A program made the position numbers and the translations under genes. From NCBI GenBank assembly GCA_964019335.1, contig OZ025682.1, positions 186,001-250,000 on the forward strand: a DNA stretch of 64,000 nucleotides, given 5' to 3'. Under the pieces are notes generated by a model. The model did no database searches and was not told where the DNA came from. It worked only from the letters and a program-made list of their open reading frames with translations. This document shows positions 41,801-51,799 of the stretch, piece by piece. The DNA is from Diplonema japonicum (Eukaryota > Protista > Euglenozoa: Diplonemea). Positions within the stretch are counted from its first letter, which is position 1, and each line of letters starts with the position of its first letter.

Positions 41801-42295
41801 CGGTACGAGAAGAGCATACGTGTCAGCAGAGATATTCTTGATGAGGATGAAGAGGGAGAAGAGCTATCTAAAGAGCCTATGCCGGTGCCTGTACCTCCGT
41901 GGACGCCTGTCAGGTCAAAAACACACGAAGTTCAGGAAGCGTCCCCTGAACTCGAATTCATCGCAACTCCCCCAAAGAGCCCGGTCTTTGTTGACCCTCC
42001 TACGCCTCCTGGATACGGCCTGACCCCTCCTCGTGGACAGTCGTCGCCCTTGAACGAGGTCTCGCCGCTCACAACCCCGTCAAAGTCCCCCATCGTGTGC
42101 ACCCTTCCCACTCCTCCCAGGTCGACGAAGGTAATTTCTATCAACCCTGCTGAGGTGCCTCTGATGCGGCCTTCTCTCTTTCAAGGCATTTCGTACACAG
42201 CGCTACCTGTTCAGAAGCGGGGCGAGGTCTGGAACCCACCGATGACGAAGGACCTGCAGCACCGTATGTACGCACCGCTTGAACGGTTCGTGTAG
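38804..42295 (+). CDS. Kinesin with a central motor domain (1163 aa)
   Basis: IKVFLRIRP, P-loop YGTSGSGKTYSM, switch I SSRSH, switch II DLAGSE, PYRESLLTFLLSESLGGNS, TLRYASRAR. Pro/Ser-rich tail. Confidence 0.94.
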   Translation: MGESESSSNDEEKPDDRLQATLPRTHLKRRLLKMKGTKPPVEVDIHKSLKAAYPLESVYIFQIVDRLKSERGRREEAVWAVTPGFNMIGKLNGKVEHTGKISDITLVGVQSVFHGKEESKLILIQFAQHTADTTLILHLKPHRRNHPVVPADDLIGVLASIFHATTGNLLSVEHIPPNVDIFAEESVYGPFRPTERTMSASEKTVRKKNVSSLKPLQTEDSFPQYRGTKDPTDQSYISVLLPSPLGRSATTTAVTTNWYNHDPPSFPKGCLTKVRTTVKNSPWRVGEVVGTAADGSPIIRVGKEKPLIYPIYERIQPNSIYMAVRQTYATANPGDLQQPGDLVVEQNRRARIVTLEDVSKDTWGMLDTGSWVPITLSNTDVMLPCMLGDEESIPPLEVKSILGLNPGAFGNPEVDDADLEGSVDRAVKGAVEEKPRIKVFLRIRPVLDEKEQAADKAVTLLDANTVACRNQSFEFDEIFTQKTYQNEMLRRILPQPLRTVLSGHNASILAYGTSGSGKTYSMFGGGDTPGIVQCAMSEIVTAICEQDTAFTLRISFYELYAEKVKDLLGVALADTEKQRLREDTFKRRRVRTHPVTGPYIENMTQVDVMREDIPMILDKAKAIRATSATHGNPTSSRSHGIVTISVVRNDNRHATPNMLASTLTIVDLAGSERARRYRDDNMTEARSINLSLTVLRKVIDTLLRPSQQGGPPYRESLLTFLLSESLGGNSFTTLLATVSPCLQSADDTMATLRYASRARGIVNNVRSNTVPAVLETLAIASPQAARGLSMQNQVVTDVLGKISHYNVQQEEGVEELWKAIVNSKASGPKVLGTILEEVRVKERAAVMKETVVPVPRLSPTPPSGEDERLSPTPPSASSDEEDKDELFASPSCSPSPVAATPAMQQEDEILKKLARALASSAARMLSPSVERSAEKLPPVHRQHDKYDFLPIPSTMLARDMVLPAASPPAATPVKRKMYTSEAITPMTGASKGLRTPNSMRYEKSIRVSRDILDEDEEGEELSKEPMPVPVPPWTPVRSKTHEVQEASPELEFIATPPKSPVFVDPPTPPGYGLTPPRGQSSPLNEVSPLTTPSKSPIVCTLPTPPRSTKVISINPAEVPLMRPSLFQGISYTALPVQKRGEVWNPPMTKDLQHRMYAPLERFV

Positions 42296-42443
42296 ATATA
42301 TGTTAACTTATTTATTTCTCCCAATGTATGTTAGAACCCCCTTGTGTACGATGGGCACGAGGTGCTGTAGTATTTACATATTTCTAGTTGTGCTTCACAT
42401 CAGCTTCACTGCAGTGTAACAAACTTACAAAAACCAAATTAAA

Positions 42444-43745
42444 ATGCCTGCCTCCGGTATCCTGTACGGCCACCCCGTATCTCAGCCCTGCCGATCGGTG
42501 CAGTGGTACCTCGACTACAGCGGGAACACAACTGTTGAGAGGAAGGTGGTGGACATTATGGCTGGGGCGCACAAGCAGCCCGACTACGTAGCGAAGTTCC
42601 CTAACCACCAGGTCCCCGGGTTCGAGACAGAGGACGGGTTCTGCTTCGCAGAATCTAGCGCTATCTTGAAGCACGTGTCGCGTGATGATGAGAAGATCAA
42701 GCCGCAGACAGCGAAGGACGAAGCACGCCTGAACGAGTACTTCGGGCGCCACTACTCGCAGGTGCGGAAGTTCTCGACAGAGGTATTCTTCCACCACCTC
42801 CTGACGAAGGACGAGGAGAAGAAGCAGGCTGGGCTCGTCACCATCAAGCCGCAGCTGGAGTCTTACAACGAGAAGCTCGGGAAGCAGAAGTACATCCTTG
42901 GCGACAAGCTCACCCTTGCGGACTTCCTGTTCGCCCCTGAGGTGGACCAGATGGAGGTTGTTGGGAAGGAGGTCCTGGCCCCTTACCAGAACATCCTGAA
43001 GTACCTTGAACGCCTCACCTCAGACGTCAAGGGTTACAAGGAGTGCATCGGGGGCATGAGGTCCGCACTTGGCTTGAACAAAACAGCACCTGCCCTCAAA
43101 CTTGTGTACTTCGAGCTCCCCGGACGTGCGGAACCTGCGCGACTCGCGTTCGCTGTGGGGGGTGTCGCCTTCGAGGACAAGAGGGTGTCTGGGGAGGAGT
43201 GGGGGATGAAGATCAAGCCGACTGTGGGACCGAAGCAGCTTCCGCTTCTGGATGTGGACGGGGAGGTGATAGGGCAGAGCAACGCGATCATGCGCTACGC
43301 GGGGAGTGTGTCGTCGTTGGGGGGAAAGCAGCTGTACCCGAAGGAGGCAGGGGAGGCGCTGAAGGTGGACGAGTTCTGCGACATTGTGGGGGAGGTGTTC
43401 GGTCCGCTCGGGAAGACCTTCGCGATCGAGGACGAGACTGAGAGGAATACTACGCGGGCAGCGCTTGTGGCTGAGGGGGGCGACATCACGAAGTGGCTCG
43501 TCTTCATCGACTCCCTCCTCGCGAAGTCCTCCGGGTTCGCTGTCGGGGACTCCCTCACCATGGCAGACATCTGCATCTTCACCGGGCTGCAGCCCCTGAA
43601 GTCCGGCTTGATCGACGGGTTCCCCAAAGACTGCCTCGACAACTACTCCCACATCACGAAGCACGCACAGATGATCGCGAACATCCCTCAGGTGAAGGCA
43701 TACTACAAGGATGCAACAGGGATCCATGCCGTCTACAAGGCATGA
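42444..43745 (+). CDS. Theta-GST/sigma-GST in-frame fusion protein (433 aa)
   Basis: A theta-like domain (SQPCR) is joined through ALGLNKTA to a full sigma-like domain (PALKLVYFELPGRAE...HAVYKA). Confidence 0.9.
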   Translation: MPASGILYGHPVSQPCRSVQWYLDYSGNTTVERKVVDIMAGAHKQPDYVAKFPNHQVPGFETEDGFCFAESSAILKHVSRDDEKIKPQTAKDEARLNEYFGRHYSQVRKFSTEVFFHHLLTKDEEKKQAGLVTIKPQLESYNEKLGKQKYILGDKLTLADFLFAPEVDQMEVVGKEVLAPYQNILKYLERLTSDVKGYKECIGGMRSALGLNKTAPALKLVYFELPGRAEPARLAFAVGGVAFEDKRVSGEEWGMKIKPTVGPKQLPLLDVDGEVIGQSNAIMRYAGSVSSLGGKQLYPKEAGEALKVDEFCDIVGEVFGPLGKTFAIEDETERNTTRAALVAEGGDITKWLVFIDSLLAKSSGFAVGDSLTMADICIFTGLQPLKSGLIDGFPKDCLDNYSHITKHAQMIANIPQVKAYYKDATGIHAVYKA

Positions 43746-44241
43746 TCGACAAGGTGACAGTAGCATGAATACATAGATAAAAACAGGCAAGAAAAAGGCA
43801 CTGTAATGGAGTCACAAAAGGCTTCTTTCCTGTTGCTCAAAATTGTCTTGTTGAGATATCTTTGAACTACGAGCTCTAGCCACCTTTTTTTTATACATTC
43901 TTTCTTTCTTGGCCGCTTCCGATATTATCTTTCTTTTTGACAGAAGGCGTCCCGACGAGGACGCCCTGGTAGAGCCAAGTTGTAAGAACCTTATTTTCTT
44001 TTTCTTCCTTTCCATGTTCTCATTGGTTTATTTTGTGATCATAAAAATTAAAAGAAGCGCACTACAGGACGCAGCTACAGCCTGAGGGTCTTCTGGTGGT
44101 CTGGCCTCCTAGCTGGCGAGCGTGCAAAGTCTGAGAAACAGACTCGTTGATGCTCGAGGGATGGGACAGGGTTGCCAACTGTGCTGCGGAACCATGAACT
44201 ACCACCACAAAGGGAGAAGAAGAAAAAAAAACTAAATTAAA

Positions 44242-44889
44242 ATGCCTGCTTCCGGTATCCTGTACGGCCACCCTGTGTCGCAGCCCGCGCGGTCGGTGCA
44301 GTGGTACCTCGACTACAGCGGGAACACAACTGTTGAGAGGAAGGTGGTGGACCTGATGGTTGGGGCGCACATGGAGCCCGACTACGTAGCGAAGTTCCCC
44401 AACCACCAGGTCCCCGGGTTCGAGATGGAGGACGGGTTCTGCTTTGCGGAGTCATTGGCGATCTTGAAGCACGTGTCTGCAGGGGACGAGACGATGCAGC
44501 CGCAGACGGCGAAGGAAGAAGCGATCCTGAACGAGTACCTCGGGCGCCACTACTCGCAGGTACGGAAGTTCTCATCGGATGTGTTCATCTACTTCGTCTT
44601 AACAAAGGACGAGGAGAAGAAGCAGGCTGGGCTCGTCGCCATCAAGCCGCAGCTGGAGGCCTACAACGAGAAGCTCGGGAAGCAGAAGTACATCCTTGGC
44701 GACAACCTCACCCTTGCGGACTTCCTGTTCGCCCCTGAGGTGGACCAGATGGAGGCTGTTGGGAAGGACACCCTGGCCCCCTACCAGAACATTGTGAAGT
44801 ACCTTGAACGCCTCACCACCGACGTCAAGGGTTACAAGGAGTGCATCGGGGGTATGTGGACCGAACTTGAGAGGCTTAATTTGGTGTGA
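44242..44889 (+). CDS. Theta-like GST paralog (SQPAR variant)
   Basis: Close paralog of 4256-4906 with a different C-terminus (MWTELERLNLV). Confidence 0.9.
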   Translation: MPASGILYGHPVSQPARSVQWYLDYSGNTTVERKVVDLMVGAHMEPDYVAKFPNHQVPGFEMEDGFCFAESLAILKHVSAGDETMQPQTAKEEAILNEYLGRHYSQVRKFSSDVFIYFVLTKDEEKKQAGLVAIKPQLEAYNEKLGKQKYILGDNLTLADFLFAPEVDQMEAVGKDTLAPYQNIVKYLERLTTDVKGYKECIGGMWTELERLNLV

Positions 44890-45461
44890 TGCGTCCCGAC
44901 GGGGCCTCCATCTAAATATCTGTTTTTATGAAAATATCTTGTCCTTTGCTTATTTATATTCCACTACGGTGTACTATTTCTTATACAAAAAGAGCACTTG
45001 GCTCTCGAACAACCCATCGAACGAGTACTTATATTTCTTCTCTTCGACTTTAAGAAATAGAGTCAAGGTGACACCAGTGAATCGAGAGCGCGAAAACCGG
45101 ATGCTAGTTCCCTTCAGTCTGTTGTTTTTCGTTATTTACAAAGGGGCCCACACCTCGTTTTCGTTCGATCTCGTTCTTTAATTCTTGCAATAAAACTTCC
45201 TTTTTCATTCCTTTTAGCTTATGGCTACATTTTATCTCTCGCCTACCTTTTGCCATCTCATTGATGGTGTCCCTCCTGGAGTTGATGCTCTGCACAATTC
45301 CTCTTTTTTTCCCCCTTTTTATTCAGTGAATCTTATGCTCGGAATAAAAGCCTCTTTATTCATTCCTTTTGGAAATTCTGTCTCAAGAAGGCCTCATCCT
45401 GAGACCTGTGAGCCACCACCACAAAGGGAGAAAAAAGAAGGAAAAAAAAGTAAACATTAAA

Positions 45462-46112
45462 ATGCCTGCCTCCGGTATCCTGTACGGCCACCCTGTGTCG
45501 CAGCCCTCGCGGTCGGTGCAGTGGTACCTCGACTACAGCGGGAACACAACTGTTGAGAGGAAGGTGGTGGACCTGATGGTTGGGGCGCACAAGCTTCCTG
45601 AGTACATCGGGAAGTTCCCCCACCACGAGATCCCAGGGTTCGAGATGGAGGACGGGTTCTGCTTTGCGGAGTCGATGGCGATCCTGAAGCACGTGTCTGC
45701 AGGGGACGAGACGATCAAGCCGCAGACAGCGAGGCAGGAAGCACGCCTGAACGAGTACTTCGGGCGCCACTACTCGCAGGTGCGGAAGTTCTCGACAGAT
45801 GTGTTCTTCCAACACATCCTGACGAAGAACGAGGAGAAGAAGCAGGCTGGGCTCGTCACCATCAAGCCGCAGCTGGAGGCCTACAACGAGAAGCTCGGGA
45901 AGCAGAAGTACATCCTTGGCGACAACCTCACCCTTGCGGACTTCCTGTTCGCCCCTGAGGTGGACCAGATGGAGGCTGTTGGGAAGGAGGTCCTGGCCCC
46001 CTACCAGAACATCCTGAAGTACCTTGAACGCCTCACCACCGACGTCAAGGGTTACAAGGAGTGCATCGGGGGCATGAGGTCCGGACTTGAGGAGATGCTT
46101 AAAATGATGTGA
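45462..46112 (+). CDS. Theta-like GST paralog
   Basis: Close paralog; the C-terminal half is nearly identical to 20920-21570. Confidence 0.9.
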   Translation: MPASGILYGHPVSQPSRSVQWYLDYSGNTTVERKVVDLMVGAHKLPEYIGKFPHHEIPGFEMEDGFCFAESMAILKHVSAGDETIKPQTARQEARLNEYFGRHYSQVRKFSTDVFFQHILTKNEEKKQAGLVTIKPQLEAYNEKLGKQKYILGDNLTLADFLFAPEVDQMEAVGKEVLAPYQNILKYLERLTTDVKGYKECIGGMRSGLEEMLKMM

Positions 46113-46641
46113 TGATGTGCGTTCCGTGACAGGGCCTCCATCGAACGAGTTGTCTATCTGTGTTTCTTCTTCTTCTCCCCTCTCCCCTCCCTGAGATAAA
46201 ATCGGGTGGTATTAGACACCTGTGAAAGGGCACAAAGAAAATATGTCTAGTTTCCCTCCTTATTTTTCCTTCAAAGATTGAATTGTCCTTTGCTCTTAAT
46301 TTACTTACAAAGGGGTCCACACCTCTATCCTGTGGATCCCACCTCATTTCGTTCGATTTCGTCCCCCTTTTTTTCCCTCTCATTCTTTTCTTACCTCAGT
46401 GAGCACTCTTGCACACTGAAACTTTATCGTTTGAAAAAACTACTTTTGGCTACATTTATCTCTCTTTGCCTTACCTTTTAGCCATCTCTTCGAAGGTGTC
46501 CCACTCCCTGGATTGATACCCTGCACGTTTTTATTCTGAATCTTGTTCTGAATAAAACCTCTTTTTTTCATTCATTTTAACTTCGATGAACCTCTTTTTA
46601 GCCCCCATTCAGGTTAATATCTTTCAAAAAAAAAAAAAAAA

Positions 46642-48312
46642 ATGAAATTACTGCTCCTTGCATGCATCATCGCCCTCGCTGAAGGGCTCCGCCACCCAAC
46701 TCTATGGAGTCTTGAGAAGCCCTGCAGCAGCGAGAAGAAGTGCAGGAATTGCGAGGGGAGGTGCGTGGAAGAAGAGACAGTGCAGTGCCTGAGGGACCCC
46801 TGCGAGGGCTCGCCATGCGGTGACAAGGAGATGTGCGTTGCGAACTCCTGCGGGGAGTGCAGCGCCTGCTGTCTGAAGCCGAAGAAGTGCAACAAGCGCT
46901 CGAAGACGTGCAAGGACGGGAGTGAGATCTTCAGGGACCCCTTCAACAACTGCAAGTACCCCAAGTGCCCTGTCCCCTCCTGCGCCCCGAAGGACAGCAC
47001 CACATTCTACGACCCGAAAACTTGTGAGATCAGCCTCATTCAATGCGAGGAGGGCTTCGAGTACTGGGGCAATTCGGACTGTGGTTGTGGTTGCAAGCCG
47101 AAGGTTGAGATCCCTGCCTGCGCTCCGAGGGGCAGCACCTTCTTCTACGACCCGAAAACTTGTGAGATCAGCCTCATTCACTGCGAGGAGGGCTTCGAGT
47201 ACTGGGGTAACCCGGACTGTGGCTGTGGTTGCAAGCCGAAGGTCCCTGCCTGCGCCCCGAGGGGCAGCACATTCTACGATCCCAGAACTTGTGAGATCAG
47301 CCTCATTCACTGCGAGGAGGGCTTCGAGTACTGGGGCAACCTCCCGGACTGTGGTTGTGGTTGCAAGCCGAAGGTCCCTGCCTGCGCCCCGAAGGACAGC
47401 ACATTCTACGACCCCAGAACTTGTGAGATCAGCCTCATTCACTGCGAGGAGGGCTTCGAGTACTGGGGCAACCTCCCGGACTGTGGTTGTGGTTGCAAGC
47501 CGAAGGTCCCTGCCTGCGCCCCGAAGGACAGCACATTCTACGACCCCAGAACTTGTGAGATCAGCCTCATTCACTGCGAGGAGGGCTTCGAGTACTGGGG
47601 CAACTCGGATTGTGGTTGTGGTTGCAAGCCGAAGGTTGAGATCCCTGCCTGCGCTCCGAGGGGCAGCACCTTCTTCTACGACCCGAAAACTTGTGAGATC
47701 AGCCTCATTCACTGCGAGGAGGGCTTCGAGTACTGGGGTAACCCGGACTGTGGTTGTGGTTGCAAGCCGAAGGCCCCTGCCTGCGCCCCGAGGGGCAGCA
47801 CATTCTATGATCCCAGAACTTGCGAGATCAGCCTCATTCACTGCGAGGAGGGCTTCGAGTACTGGGGTAACCTCCCGGACTGTGGTTGTGGTTGCAAGCC
47901 GAAGAACCCTGCCTGCGCCCCGAAGGACAGCACATTCTACGATCCCAGAACTTGTGAGATCAGCCTCATTCACTGCGAGGAGGGCTTCGAGTACTGGGGC
48001 AACCTCCCGGACTGTGGTTGTGGTTGCAAGCCGAAGAACCCTGCCTGCGCCCCGAGGGGCAGCACATTCTACGATCCCAGAACTTGCGAGATCAGCCTCA
48101 TTCACTGCGAGGAGGGCTTCGAGTACTGGGGCAACCTCCCGGACTGTGGTTGTGGTTGCAAGCCGAAGAACCCTGCCTGCGCCCCGAAGGACAGCACATT
48201 CTACGACCCCAGAACTTGTGAGATCAGCCTCATTCACTGCGAGGAGGGCTTCGAGTACTGGGGTAACCTCCCGGACTGTGGTTGTGGTTGCAAGCCGAAG
48301 ATCGAGAACTAA
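46642..48312 (+). CDS. Secreted cysteine-rich repeat protein (556 aa, 10 repeats)
   Basis: Same N- and C-termini as 22101-23240, with four extra repeats. Confidence 0.88.
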   Translation: MKLLLLACIIALAEGLRHPTLWSLEKPCSSEKKCRNCEGRCVEEETVQCLRDPCEGSPCGDKEMCVANSCGECSACCLKPKKCNKRSKTCKDGSEIFRDPFNNCKYPKCPVPSCAPKDSTTFYDPKTCEISLIQCEEGFEYWGNSDCGCGCKPKVEIPACAPRGSTFFYDPKTCEISLIHCEEGFEYWGNPDCGCGCKPKVPACAPRGSTFYDPRTCEISLIHCEEGFEYWGNLPDCGCGCKPKVPACAPKDSTFYDPRTCEISLIHCEEGFEYWGNLPDCGCGCKPKVPACAPKDSTFYDPRTCEISLIHCEEGFEYWGNSDCGCGCKPKVEIPACAPRGSTFFYDPKTCEISLIHCEEGFEYWGNPDCGCGCKPKAPACAPRGSTFYDPRTCEISLIHCEEGFEYWGNLPDCGCGCKPKNPACAPKDSTFYDPRTCEISLIHCEEGFEYWGNLPDCGCGCKPKNPACAPRGSTFYDPRTCEISLIHCEEGFEYWGNLPDCGCGCKPKNPACAPKDSTFYDPRTCEISLIHCEEGFEYWGNLPDCGCGCKPKIEN

Positions 48313-49254
48313 AGAAGAGTTCTTTTTTTCAAGGAAACAAGATTAAGAAGAAAAAGAAAAAACGGAAATTAAAATTCTGTTGATAACTCACTTTTTTTCT
48401 TCTTCTCAATTAGGCTTTTTTTTAATTTTATTTTTTGATACCTCATCTTATGAGACATCATCCGGATTAATTCATGAATAAGAACTATTCTCACTTAACC
48501 ATCTACCAACGGACCATTTTTTGCCCACCAGGGGGGTAATTTTCCCGAATTAATTTCAAAAAAAAAAACTATTCTAACGCAACCCCCGCCCCCCCCCTTG
48601 GGATTTTGCAGAACTGCCCCCTCACCCTCGTTCGATAAAAAGAGAAAAGAAAGAAAAGGGAAAACAAAAAAATGCGAGAATGATCTATTGGCTGTGTCTC
48701 GGATACTTGTCAATGTGTGATCGGTTCTGGACCGGATGGAATTTAAAAAAAAAAAAAGAAGAAGAAAAAGTAAAAACAAAAAGAGGGCGTAAAAGAACGA
48801 TAAAGGAGCATACAATCAAGCGAACAAGGCAACATTTAGCTTAGGCCGAAGTTCCTTGTTTTCTTTTTTGTTGCATTTTCTTTCTCTTTTATTCTCTCTT
48901 TTTTCTTATTACTTCTTTTTTTTTTTTTTTTGTCATACCGGTTCAAATGACCCACTCGCTTTTTTTTTTTTGTTTTATTTCCCATTCCTGCTTTGCTCTC
49001 CTTAAAAAGGTTCTCGACCATCCCTTTTCTTCCTCCCTCTCTTCAATACCCTGTTTTTCTATCTAAATATTCTCAGGCGTCAGTCTTAGACCCTCAAAGA
49101 AATATTTATCCAGATTTTAAGGGGTGACTTTTTATTTTATTCATTATTATTTTTTTTCTTTAAACCCTTGCATGCAAGTGCTCACCTCTTCACATATCAG
49201 GACTTTCCACACACAACAACAACAACAACAAACCTTTCACAAGAAGAAGAAAAA

Positions 49255-49875
49255 ATGATGACAAGAGCAGCTGTGATGTTCGCCCTTCTCGGGGTTGCGT
49301 CTGCTGGGACGGGGAGCGCTGCGAAGAAAACAGCAGGGGCTGCGGGGAGGCACGGCGGGAAGGCTCTCTGGGGCGGCGGCGGCGGGGGCTGGGGTCACCA
49401 CCACGGGAAGATCGAGTTCACGACTTTCGCTGACGGGCGCCCCGACGGGGGGATCAGGCAGAGCGCTGACGTGGAGGACGGGTTGGACTCCCCTGGGGAC
49501 GTGTTCGTCTTCGACCAGAAGCTCCTTGCGGACGACTCGACGACTGTGATCGGGAGGAATGCTGGGTACTGCATCAGGACGGACCCCGGGAAGCCCGACT
49601 GGAGCGGGAAGGACCACCCCACCCTCCCCGACGACCCGGAGAACAACTGGGGCCAGTGCACCTGGACCCTCACCTTCTACGAGGGGGCCGGCTCCGGCTA
49701 CGAGGGGACCCTCCAGGTCTCGGGGAGGGAGTCCGATGCAGGTGTCTCTGCTGTTTCCATCGTCGGCGGGACTGGCGACTTCAAGGGGGCCTGGGGAGAG
49801 CTCCTCACCAACCCGGAAAACCAAGCAGCTGGTGGCGTTCTCTTCAGGCAGGTCCTTGAGATCCGCTTGAACTGA
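49255..49875 (+). CDS. Secreted AOC/dirigent-like protein, paralog B copy 2
   Basis: Protein identical to 24181-24801. Confidence 0.78.
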   Translation: MMTRAAVMFALLGVASAGTGSAAKKTAGAAGRHGGKALWGGGGGGWGHHHGKIEFTTFADGRPDGGIRQSADVEDGLDSPGDVFVFDQKLLADDSTTVIGRNAGYCIRTDPGKPDWSGKDHPTLPDDPENNWGQCTWTLTFYEGAGSGYEGTLQVSGRESDAGVSAVSIVGGTGDFKGAWGELLTNPENQAAGGVLFRQVLEIRLN

Positions 49876-50431
49876 GGAATAACACCAAAACAAAACAAAA
49901 CAAAAACTCAAACCCTTTTTACTTTCTCTTGTATTTAAAATGAAAAAAAAAAGGGGGGTGAGGGAGGAGAAAACAGAAAAGCAATAACAGCAAACAGAAA
50001 CCTCTATCCAACAATTGCTTTTTTACTTCTTCTTTTCTTCTTCCCTTTTAACTTCAACCGTGCGACTGTCGCTGTTCCTTGAATCCTTGCTTTAATGGGG
50101 AATCCCTCCAACAGCATAAAAAAGGAAGACATGGAACGGCACACTCTTCTCCCTCTCTCATGTTGCCTTTTTTTTTTTTTTTTTTACTTCTTATTTCTTT
50201 ATTTTCTTTGAAAGAATTATGTTCCAATACTGAACGAAAAGTTTTTTGCGATCGCAAAGCAGGTGCAACCCGGTTCCCTTTCCCTGAAGGGCAGTCGATG
50301 ACTCCTCTTGGGAAAGAACCGGTTTTTGTTCTTGTCCTTTTTTTGAAAAAGTTTCTTTATTATTTCTGAGTCAGTCTGCAGTGGGCCTATGTATCATTTT
50401 AAGTATCTGCAAAAAAAACAAAAAAGCAAAC

Positions 50432-51799
50432 ATGAAGTCTCTTCTTCCTCCTGTCCTCCTGCTGTTGTTGTTGGTTGAGGTGAGCAACGGGAACGAAGTA
50501 CTGGGATACCTTGAGGACTGGGTGAACGTGAAGTGGTGGGACAACAACATCCCCGGGAACTGCCTGATGGGGTGCTTCGAGCCGCAGCCATACATCACGT
50601 CGCTGAAGCCGTACTCGAGCGTGAACTACGGGTTCACCTTCCTGACGGAGAACCCGACACCGTCGCAGGTGAGCTGCAGCAACGCTCCGAATGGGACTGC
50701 TGGCAGGGCCTCCGGGCCGTGCCCCGTGTGGGACGGGAAAGCGATCTACCTGGCGGCGGCGTCGAAGAACGGGGCGGCGGCCATCACCCCGTCGACATCG
50801 GCGGCGACCCCTGGGATCGTGTCGATCGCGGAGTCATCGCGGATGGCGAAGATGCACCCCGACGGGCCGAAGAGGTTCAAGATCTCTCTCGGCGGATGGA
50901 GCGACTTCGCACGGGTGGGGAGCGTTCAGAACGCGCGTTCGATCGCGAAGCTGATGGGGAAGCTGGTGCTGTGGACCTTCGCGGACGGGGTGGACCTGGA
51001 CTTCGAGCACCTAACACCGTTCGCGACGATCAACGGGGACGACGAGTTCGCAGCCTACAACGCACTGGTGGCTGCGCTGCGGGAGGAGCTGGACAGCAAC
51101 GTGAAGCCGCAGTGGAGCAGCTTCGCAGCGACGAGGAAGCAGCAGCTGGAGGCGGAGTACAACGCCCTGCAGCCGTGGCAGCAGGCCGACATGAAGCCCT
51201 ACTACCAGACTAACATGAACTTCATGGACGAGGTGGGGAAGAACGGGCCGGACCACCTGGAGGTGTCGTGGACGACACGCTTCAACGCCTTCCTCCCTGC
51301 AGGGAAGCCTTGGAACTACCTGCTCCCGGGGAGCCCGCGCCCTAACCAGACCTTCGCGACGGACAACGAGGGGGCGAAGATCTGGCCGCAGTCGGGGGCG
51401 AGCTTCGACACCGCGAACATCATGGCCTACGACGCGGGGACCCCTGCAGGGGCACTGCAGCTGAACTTCACGACCATCATGAACAACTTCGTGACCTACG
51501 GGAAGGTCCCGAAGGAGAAGATCAACATCGGCTTCGAACCCGGCGAACAGGCGGCGGGCGGCGTGTGGGAGGGGATGGCCGCCGACAAGGAGATCGCCAC
51601 CTACGCCAAGCAGAACGGCTTCCTGGGGGCCTTCGTGTGGTCCGTGAATCCCAGCCCCACCACCAACCCCAACGGCACCAAGCTCGCCCCCGAGCTCGCC
51701 GCCAACCTCAACGACATCATCAAGCCCACCTGGAGGTGGGGTCCCGCTCCCGTCTACACCAAGTGCGATCCCTCCACAGGGAACTGGCCTGGTCTGTGA
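50432..51799 (+). CDS. Secreted glycoside hydrolase family 18 (chitinase-like), 455 aa
   Basis: Signal peptide, VLGYLEDW, ISLGGW, catalytic DGVDLDFE (DxxDxDxE), NIMAYD, GAFVWS. Confidence 0.87.
   Translation: MKSLLPPVLLLLLLVEVSNGNEVLGYLEDWVNVKWWDNNIPGNCLMGCFEPQPYITSLKPYSSVNYGFTFLTENPTPSQVSCSNAPNGTAGRASGPCPVWDGKAIYLAAASKNGAAAITPSTSAATPGIVSIAESSRMAKMHPDGPKRFKISLGGWSDFARVGSVQNARSIAKLMGKLVLWTFADGVDLDFEHLTPFATINGDDEFAAYNALVAALREELDSNVKPQWSSFAATRKQQLEAEYNALQPWQQADMKPYYQTNMNFMDEVGKNGPDHLEVSWTTRFNAFLPAGKPWNYLLPGSPRPNQTFATDNEGAKIWPQSGASFDTANIMAYDAGTPAGALQLNFTTIMNNFVTYGKVPKEKINIGFEPGEQAAGGVWEGMAADKEIATYAKQNGFLGAFVWSVNPSPTTNPNGTKLAPELAANLNDIIKPTWRWGPAPVYTKCDPSTGNWPGL

Larger units (their letters stand above)
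45840..50315 (+). repeat. Dispersed segmental duplication, copy 2 (partner about 21300-25250)
   Basis: Near-identical to the partner apart from 531 bp of extra Cys repeats and homopolymer length changes. Boundaries are approximate. Confidence 0.92.

Noticed and set aside
44096-44167. Resemblance to an HDV ribozyme (tggtctggcc-tcctagct-ggcg ... atgggac) with a long hairpin
   Set aside because: A P3/L3-like piece is present, but there is no P1 partner strand, no GG for P1.1 and no catalytic C in the would-be J4/2. The region also looks like a diverged paralog of the theta-GST upstream spacer.
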